From assembly GCA_000002435.2 (NCBI GenBank), contig CM018790.1: a DNA stretch of 64,000 nucleotides; one strand, written 5' to 3'. Every line of letters begins with the position of its first letter. Positions within the stretch are counted from its first letter, which is position 1. The notes below the pieces were generated by a model. It searched no databases, had not been told where the DNA came from, and was given only the letters and a program-made list of their open reading frames with translations. The DNA comes from Giardia intestinalis (Eukaryota). A program made the position numbers and the translations under genes. This document shows, piece by piece, positions 58,337 through 64,000 of this stretch.

Positions 58337-58843
58337 ATGCAAGCAATCAACTTGTCTGATCTCCCCCCAGACGCGCGCATTGAGAATGAGCGATCGATAG
58401 AAGAGAGGTGGGCGGAGACGGCTGCGAAGTATGCCGAGATAATAGAAAAGCTTCTAGTTTCTGCAGGCCGCAAATCAATAGATCACCTTCACCGGATGCG
58501 CTTTACTCCCATGGATAATGAGATGTACCGGATCTTCAGAACAGCATTTCCTGAGCTGAATGTTAAGTGCATTGATGTGGCCAGTCTGAAGTCTGCAGAA
58601 GAAAAGGCGAAGTGGTATTTGATATTGGAGAGCTGGAAGGATTCTCTCAAGGATTACAATACGGGAACACTTTTAAGAATTGACTGCGCCGCCCCCCTTT
58701 CCCCAGAGAATTCCTGCATCGTTCCTCGCAGTCAGTTCTATTGCATAGAGATTGCGCGCTGCCGTGAGGGTCTAAATGATGAGTTCGTCCAGTCAGTTAT
58801 CGATGGAAGGCAGACCACTGCGAAGCTCGATTCACATGCATGA
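58337..58843 (+). CDS. PBDC1 (polysaccharide biosynthesis domain-containing 1 / CXorf26) family protein
   Basis: LKSAEEKAKWYLILESWKDSLKDYNTGTLLRIDCAAPLSPENSCIVPRSQFYCIEIARCREGLND aligns with human PBDC1 (LKSESAKEKWRPFCLKFNGIVEDFNYGTLLRLDCSQGYTEENTIFAPRIQFFAIEIARNREGYN). Confidence 0.85.
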   Translation: MQAINLSDLPPDARIENERSIEERWAETAAKYAEIIEKLLVSAGRKSIDHLHRMRFTPMDNEMYRIFRTAFPELNVKCIDVASLKSAEEKAKWYLILESWKDSLKDYNTGTLLRIDCAAPLSPENSCIVPRSQFYCIEIARCREGLNDEFVQSVIDGRQTTAKLDSHA

Positions 58844-58896
58844 GGGCAATCTGCCAACAGGGATAGCAGAGGAGGATAAGTGTTAAGGAATAAACT

Positions 58897-59757
58897 ATGT
58901 GTACGTGCTTTTCCAATATTAGGTCCATCACCCCTGGCCCAGGAAGCTATGAGGCAACACCGTTCAGCGTCTACAAGCCTCGCACACCGTCGGTTCACAT
59001 CTCTACGCGGCTGAAGAGTGGCAAGCGCGATGGCCCGGGGCCGGGAAGATATGATTTCAACGAGCTTTCTTCTTCGTTTCTGTCGGGTATACAGAGCCAC
59101 AATTCCTCTCAGCAACTAACCAAGGCTCAGCTGACCCGAGCTCATCTGTCAGACTTTGGAGGAACGCAGTCAGGGATGCTAAGCGCGGATAGCTCTTACC
59201 TGAGTGCTACAATGAGTAGATCGACCACCCCGATCCTCATATACTCAGAGGACATGCAGACAACGGCCCAGACCGAACTAAGCAGGAGCAGCACCCACAC
59301 TAAGGCACCAGCACACTCCTTTGGCGCTTGTGGTCGCTCAGCAGGGGGGCCGTTTGACGTTAGATACGCCATGGATTTCTCGAACATAGGACCGAAATAC
59401 ACCCCCAAAACGTCCCTTACTAAGACGGCAAGCCCTGCTATACACATCGGGTCGCGGCTTCCAGACCTTTCCGCGCGGTCTAATACCCCCGGGCCTGGGA
59501 GTTACTCCCTAGACAGAAATCCGGACTTTTCGGTACAATCTAGAGCAGATATCATTAGGAGGCGTGCCCTTCTTGCATCTCGCTCCAAGAGACAGGCTGA
59601 TAACGTTGCTAGTTCAGTGTCTGAGAAGTTTATACCAGAAGCCTCCAAGCCGCGAAGCTACTGTCCTCATCTCTCAACAACTATACTACCAAGCGTCCGA
59701 GGCCCTGCATTTACCCTTTCCAGTCGCACGCCCCTGCGGATTTTCGGCCAGTATTAG
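58897..59757 (+). CDS. STPG / SHIPPO-repeat (sperm-tail PG-rich) protein, upstream ORF
   Basis: Repeated PGPGxY motifs (TPGPGSYEA, GPGPGRYDF, TPGPGSYSLD) alternate with P.F[ST] segments (GPAFTLSSRTP). ATG start at 58897. The ORF ends at TAG 59755-59757. Confidence 0.85.
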   Translation: MCTCFSNIRSITPGPGSYEATPFSVYKPRTPSVHISTRLKSGKRDGPGPGRYDFNELSSSFLSGIQSHNSSQQLTKAQLTRAHLSDFGGTQSGMLSADSSYLSATMSRSTTPILIYSEDMQTTAQTELSRSSTHTKAPAHSFGACGRSAGGPFDVRYAMDFSNIGPKYTPKTSLTKTASPAIHIGSRLPDLSARSNTPGPGSYSLDRNPDFSVQSRADIIRRRALLASRSKRQADNVASSVSEKFIPEASKPRSYCPHLSTTILPSVRGPAFTLSSRTPLRIFGQY

Positions 59758-59955
59758 CCGCAGAGTTAAAAATCCACGCCCACTTTCTTTGATTGTATTA
59801 AGGGCTCTACCCCAGGCCCTGGATCGTATGATGTCCCGGTACTGGATTTTATACAGCCATCTACCCCATCATTTAGCATAGGCTTGAAGCACCCTACTCC
59901 AAGGGATTTGACTCCGGGCCCAGGAACATACAACGTAAACCAGGGGGACGAAGCA

Positions 59956-61260
59956 ATGCGTAAGGGCCCCAAGAACCTCACTATTGGAGTTAAGCTACCA
60001 GACCATCACATACAGGAGACTCCAGGACCAGGGACCTATGAAACCCAACGGGCTTTTGAGGTAAAGCCAAAGGCACTCTCGTTCTCCGACAGGCATGCAG
60101 ATCCTTATGAGCAAGAACGCCTAATGACGCCGAGTCCGACACGTTACAACCCGTCTTTATCCCTGAAGCAGGTTCAGGATAAGGTTTTGCCATGCACGTT
60201 CAAGTCCAGCGTGACTCCACGAGGCCCATTTGATGATCTGGCCCACACGCCAGGTCCGTCAGCATACTCTGTCAATGACAGCATGACAACACCTCGTGCA
60301 AGCAGGGCTTGTATCGGAAATAAGCAACCGGTTAGCTATGACAATCAGGTCCCTGGCCCTGGTTCATATGATAATGTTATGAAAGAGTACATAGAGATGA
60401 CGACACCATCATCTCCTGCTTTCACTCTGCACGGGAAGCTTGAACACGGCGGACCATTTGACGTTCATGCGGTGAGGGAATATGCCTCCGTAGGCCCAGG
60501 AACATACACACTGGACAAGCTCGTTAGCAACGGCGGACTTATTTTGCCCCACGCTGCCAATCTTTCTGGTAGACATCCCGATCCTCTCGAAAGGGAAAAA
60601 CAGCTTACGCCAGGCCCGGGCTCATATTTCAAGGAAGGCGCTGGCGCACAGACAACTCCGCAATACGATCCGCTGGGGACCAAGGGATGCAAATTTGGAG
60701 TACGGCCTGCAGATCTTACCTTCATCTCATCACAGTCTGGATTAGGAACACATGATAATACTGCCGTGGGTCCAGGGACTTACACACCTAGATCAGTGAC
60801 TCCGCGCACTCCTGGGGGCGTACTGAGCTTCAAGCACGCAAATCCTTTACGAACCCTTGGAGATGGGCCTGGTAAATATGATATTAGCAGCGCAGTTACC
60901 GCAACGCTTCCCTCGTCACCGCAGCCGACTATGCATAACGGTCGGGCCAACGACTTAAACAGCCCATTTACAACCCGCTTTGATTGCAGCTGCCTAGGTG
61001 GGCCTGGTACATATGCTTTGGGGGAGAAGCTTCGAGGTAGTAGGCTTCGGGGTGCGCGCGCACTGATCTCTAGCGACACTTCACGAGGGTCTTCTAGTGG
61101 TAGGGTAGGCCCATCAATTGGGATACGATATACACGGATACGGCAGCAGAATACTCCTGGGCCGGGTGAGTATGACATATCTTCAGCGCCGCGTGGACCC
61201 TCGTTCTCATTTAGATCCCGCACCCCTTTGGCGGTAGGAACAGGTGAGCCTATGAAGTAA
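59956..61260 (+). CDS. STPG / SHIPPO-repeat protein, downstream ORF (first ATG 59956; frame open and repeat-bearing from 59770)
   Basis: Many PGPGxY units (TPGPGTYNV, TPGPGTYET, VPGPGSYDN, SVGPGTYTLD, TPGPGSYFK, AVGPGTYTP, GDGPGKYDI, LGGPGTYAL, TPGPGEYDI). It is in the same reading frame (frame 1) as the upstream STPG ORF. One further unit (STPGPGSYDV...STPSFSIG) lies in-frame at 59809-59880, before any ATG. Confidence 0.8.
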   Translation: MRKGPKNLTIGVKLPDHHIQETPGPGTYETQRAFEVKPKALSFSDRHADPYEQERLMTPSPTRYNPSLSLKQVQDKVLPCTFKSSVTPRGPFDDLAHTPGPSAYSVNDSMTTPRASRACIGNKQPVSYDNQVPGPGSYDNVMKEYIEMTTPSSPAFTLHGKLEHGGPFDVHAVREYASVGPGTYTLDKLVSNGGLILPHAANLSGRHPDPLEREKQLTPGPGSYFKEGAGAQTTPQYDPLGTKGCKFGVRPADLTFISSQSGLGTHDNTAVGPGTYTPRSVTPRTPGGVLSFKHANPLRTLGDGPGKYDISSAVTATLPSSPQPTMHNGRANDLNSPFTTRFDCSCLGGPGTYALGEKLRGSRLRGARALISSDTSRGSSSGRVGPSIGIRYTRIRQQNTPGPGEYDISSAPRGPSFSFRSRTPLAVGTGEPMK

Positions 61261-61278
61261 TACTGCTACTCCCTTCTG

Positions 61279-63999
61279 TCAATCCTCTATCTCCATGACC
61301 CCATCATACCACTGCTTCGGTGGAAGGTTCTTGGAGTATGGGTTGCCAAATGCTATTTTCAAACCCTCAAGCTTTATTCTAACAGTCTTACTAATGGCCT
61401 TTCCGACCTGCCCAACCGATTGGTAGACGTCTATAACGTTGCAGAATTCGCTGGAGTAGAATAGCAGACTGTCTGTCAGCTCAATAAAGGCAAGCATTAA
61501 GTCATCGCGCAACGACAGGGTAGAGAGCCACTCAGCCTTCTCCGCAAACCACTTTTGGATGTCTAGTACGATATAGTTAAAAACGTTCTTGAAATACGTG
61601 CCTGCAAGCTGTTCCGACCACCCATATACACGGGCAAGGCTGGTATAGAGCGAAAATGTACTTAGCGCCAGCTTCAACACCTCAGTACGCAGAAGAGCGC
61701 TTCTCTCTGGCCTTTTTATATAATCTTTTCCGACAGCAGGAGCTCCCGCAGCTTGCTCCAAACTGGCCACTTCACTTGTGTAATTTTCAGGGAGGACTCC
61801 GTAGATGTTCCCTCCAACAATTACATAATCCTTGAACACCTTGCAGGTAAATGCCAGGAGATTGCAACCTGCAAACACCTCATTAGTGAGAAGGTGCAAG
61901 TGGTCCTTGAGGGCTAGGCGCTTCTGCTGAATGAAGAAGGCATCGAGGGGCTTTGCAGGGGGGTCCGAGAGGGCCTTGATGTGAGCAGTCACGATGCTGT
62001 CGAGGGTCATGGTTGCATTAACGAGAATGTTAAAGACACGCAAAAAAGCATAAATATCGTCGCCTTCCACCTTGATTTCAAAGGAGTCCGGATTGATGAC
62101 CTTTGGAAAGACCTTCTCCAGCGTATATGTGCACCCGCAGTTAGCAACAAAGATCTGCCACATGCGCTCGTCACTCACTGCATTGCTTATTCCGTCAATT
62201 ATCAGGTCTGTATGTATGTTCCCATGTATATAGGACTGCAGGAAGTACTTTCGAAGTTCTGGATTCAGCGACAGCTTCTTGGTACGGAGGGCATTGACAA
62301 CTATCGTGAGAGCAACCTCGTGATATTGTGAGCTATTAAATAAGCAGAGAAGCATTGACTGGGAGTTGATCAATCGGTGGTAGCTTCCAACAATGGCCTC
62401 CGTAAAGAGAGCAATCTCGTCAGACCTCACCATTTCGCCCATAAATAGGCCAACTTCCTGTATGTCCCTAGTGATCTTTACAAAAATGGGCTCTGGTGCC
62501 GCAGACTGCATCTGGGTGGGGTCTATGATTTTGCCATCTTCCTGAGGTTTGACAGATTCGGAAACCTTGGTGCTAGGGAGCCGCAACATGAAAGACACAG
62601 ATTCCTTGATGTAAGCGTCTATCGTGGTGCATGTGTTGAAGAATCCATATGCTCTTCCACGCTCTAAACTTACAGATAGAATAGTTGCAGCGGCGTGTCG
62701 AATGTATCTGAAGAACTCAATTGCATAGTTAAATAACTGTAAGTTGTCCTTACCGTGCACTTTTGCCAACTCTGTGCTCCCCTCTGGTATCTCATTAAAG
62801 AGAGAAAAGTTATGTGTGTCTTTTAGAAGATTCATAATTGCAAATGTAAGCCCCTTTACCTTACGAGTGGTGTCAGAAATGTAGAATAAGTGATCGCGAA
62901 CGAGGTGATGCGCTGGATGGTTAAGCACGCAAGCGGTGATGCCTAGAAGTAACTTGGACATTTGTATGTATTCGGGGTTAAGCTGAAAGAACGAAGGGCT
63001 TCCCTTCTTGTCAGCAGTTGTGATTTGCTGTTGGAGCATGGCCTGGTCGATTCCCTCTATCCGTATCAGTTTCGTCTCACTCTCTTGTGCTGTGGCTGCA
63101 CCCTGTGCGGCATCAGCACCTTTGGCATCAGAAGACGGTCTCTCCGAGACTTGCTTTTGTGATTGGTGAAGGTTGGTCAGCATAGCTGTTTCATAGAGCT
63201 CTCGGGGCGGTACTGTATTAAAAGCGGTGTTGGCAAGAGCAAACAAGCAAGACTCCAGATTGAGCACCATGCGGCGGCTCAAGTAGAACGGCACGTGAGG
63301 CTTTGTATATGACTGGTAAAACTCATCGAGCACCTGGAGCGAGGGAATAGACTTGAAGCTGTTCCTGATGTTTATGCTATTTCCCTGTAGCATGTTCGCC
63401 TTCAAGACCTGGGCACAGATGTCGAGATAGACGTGAATGGCCCCTGACAGAAGTGTAAACGCGTTTATGTATGCTGCACGGAACAAGATCTCTCTTTTTT
63501 CCTTGGTTCTTATCGTCTTAAGCCGGGTCCTAGAGGCCTCTAAGACAGACTCGAGCTTGCTCTGGGGATAGTCAGTTATGGAAAGAGTAGACATGATATG
63601 GATGTCCAGATTCTTCACCTTTGTGAGCCGCGCTTGTAATTCTCGTATGTTTTGTCCGGGGAGGCGATTAAGGTAGTATTTGTCGATTGCGTTGGAGCGG
63701 TCTCCCTCTGCCTCCATGCCCATGGATATAATAGAGGTGTAGTCGCTCAGCAGCGAAGGTGCATCATTGACTATCCGACTGCAATCTACTATAGTATTTT
63801 GGACAACTCTACGCAAGTCAATCTTAGGTTCAGAAGATGACTCCGTTAATATGCGATAAAAATTGTGATTGGTTGCAGTGGACGGGTTCTTGAGTACATT
63901 AAACGTATTGAAATCGAAAAAGAATAGCAGAGCTAAGGCTAGGCATAGATACGGCTTCAAAATAGTTGCCTCAGAGTTAATGTAGAAGAACAGGAACGT
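61279..63999 (-). CDS. Large hypothetical protein; 5' end probably beyond the window
   Basis: The ORF of at least 893 aa has a TTG as its ORF-track start (63960). The frame stays open to the right edge of the window (no stop through 63999). It begins with a hydrophobic leader-like segment (KPYLCLALALLFFF). No family recognised. Confidence 0.8.
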   Translation of the reverse strand, partial: TFLFFYINSEATILKPYLCLALALLFFFDFNTFNVLKNPSTATNHNFYRILTESSSEPKIDLRRVVQNTIVDCSRIVNDAPSLLSDYTSIISMGMEAEGDRSNAIDKYYLNRLPGQNIRELQARLTKVKNLDIHIMSTLSITDYPQSKLESVLEASRTRLKTIRTKEKREILFRAAYINAFTLLSGAIHVYLDICAQVLKANMLQGNSINIRNSFKSIPSLQVLDEFYQSYTKPHVPFYLSRRMVLNLESCLFALANTAFNTVPPRELYETAMLTNLHQSQKQVSERPSSDAKGADAAQGAATAQESETKLIRIEGIDQAMLQQQITTADKKGSPSFFQLNPEYIQMSKLLLGITACVLNHPAHHLVRDHLFYISDTTRKVKGLTFAIMNLLKDTHNFSLFNEIPEGSTELAKVHGKDNLQLFNYAIEFFRYIRHAAATILSVSLERGRAYGFFNTCTTIDAYIKESVSFMLRLPSTKVSESVKPQEDGKIIDPTQMQSAAPEPIFVKITRDIQEVGLFMGEMVRSDEIALFTEAIVGSYHRLINSQSMLLCLFNSSQYHEVALTIVVNALRTKKLSLNPELRKYFLQSYIHGNIHTDLIIDGISNAVSDERMWQIFVANCGCTYTLEKVFPKVINPDSFEIKVEGDDIYAFLRVFNILVNATMTLDSIVTAHIKALSDPPAKPLDAFFIQQKRLALKDHLHLLTNEVFAGCNLLAFTCKVFKDYVIVGGNIYGVLPENYTSEVASLEQAAGAPAVGKDYIKRPERSALLRTEVLKLALSTFSLYTSLARVYGWSEQLAGTYFKNVFNYIVLDIQKWFAEKAEWLSTLSLRDDLMLAFIELTDSLLFYSSEFCNVIDVYQSVGQVGKAISKTVRIKLEGLKIAFGNPYSKNLPPKQWYDGVMEIED

Positions 64000-64000
64000 C

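Noticed and set aside
59745-59810. An intron removing the two in-frame stops between the STPG ORFs
   Set aside because: There is no GTATGT 5' site and no Giardia branch/3' motif ([AC]CT[GA]ACACACAG). The only GT...AG candidate (gtattagccgcag, 13 nt) is too short and shifts into a frame that ends at a stop at 59879-59881, just before the downstream STPG ORF.

Overview
This window looks like an intron-poor, gene-dense chromosomal segment of the diplomonad Giardia (intestinalis/lamblia-type). The evidence is a variant-specific surface protein (VSP) ending in the hallmark ...CRGKA tail and followed by the VSP-specific extended poly(A) signal ACTTAGGTAGTAAAC. There are also NEK-like kinase and ankyrin ('Protein 21.1'-type) genes, an EGF-like high-cysteine membrane protein, and A/T-rich intergenic spacers of only 0-70 bp. 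About 30 protein-coding genes can be supported. They include a DEAH helicase, an AZUL+HECT ubiquitin ligase, an AP mu subunit, DPY-30, RNase H1, a PCI protein, IFT54, cytochrome b5, DJ-1, PBDC1 and two STPG/SHIPPO proteins. I could not support any rRNA, tRNA, CRISPR array or intact mobile element. The outstanding structure is a 9.4-kb cassette (10372-19771) lying between two ordinary-looking genes. It holds one VSP gene carrying 15.4 perfectly identical 114-bp repeats and a heavily frameshifted NEK-ankyrin pseudogene. The cassette is bracketed by inverted repeats of about 1.65 kb. The outer 1,160 bp of each arm are identical, while the inner part (a decayed kinase-domain remnant) is only about four-fifths identical. 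Secondary observations are two same-frame STPG ORFs separated only by two in-frame stops, a possible CC2D2A-like ciliary protein, kinase-like genes with no AUG at the start of their homology, and convergent genes that abut or overlap. All functional calls rest on motifs read by eye. No database search was run.
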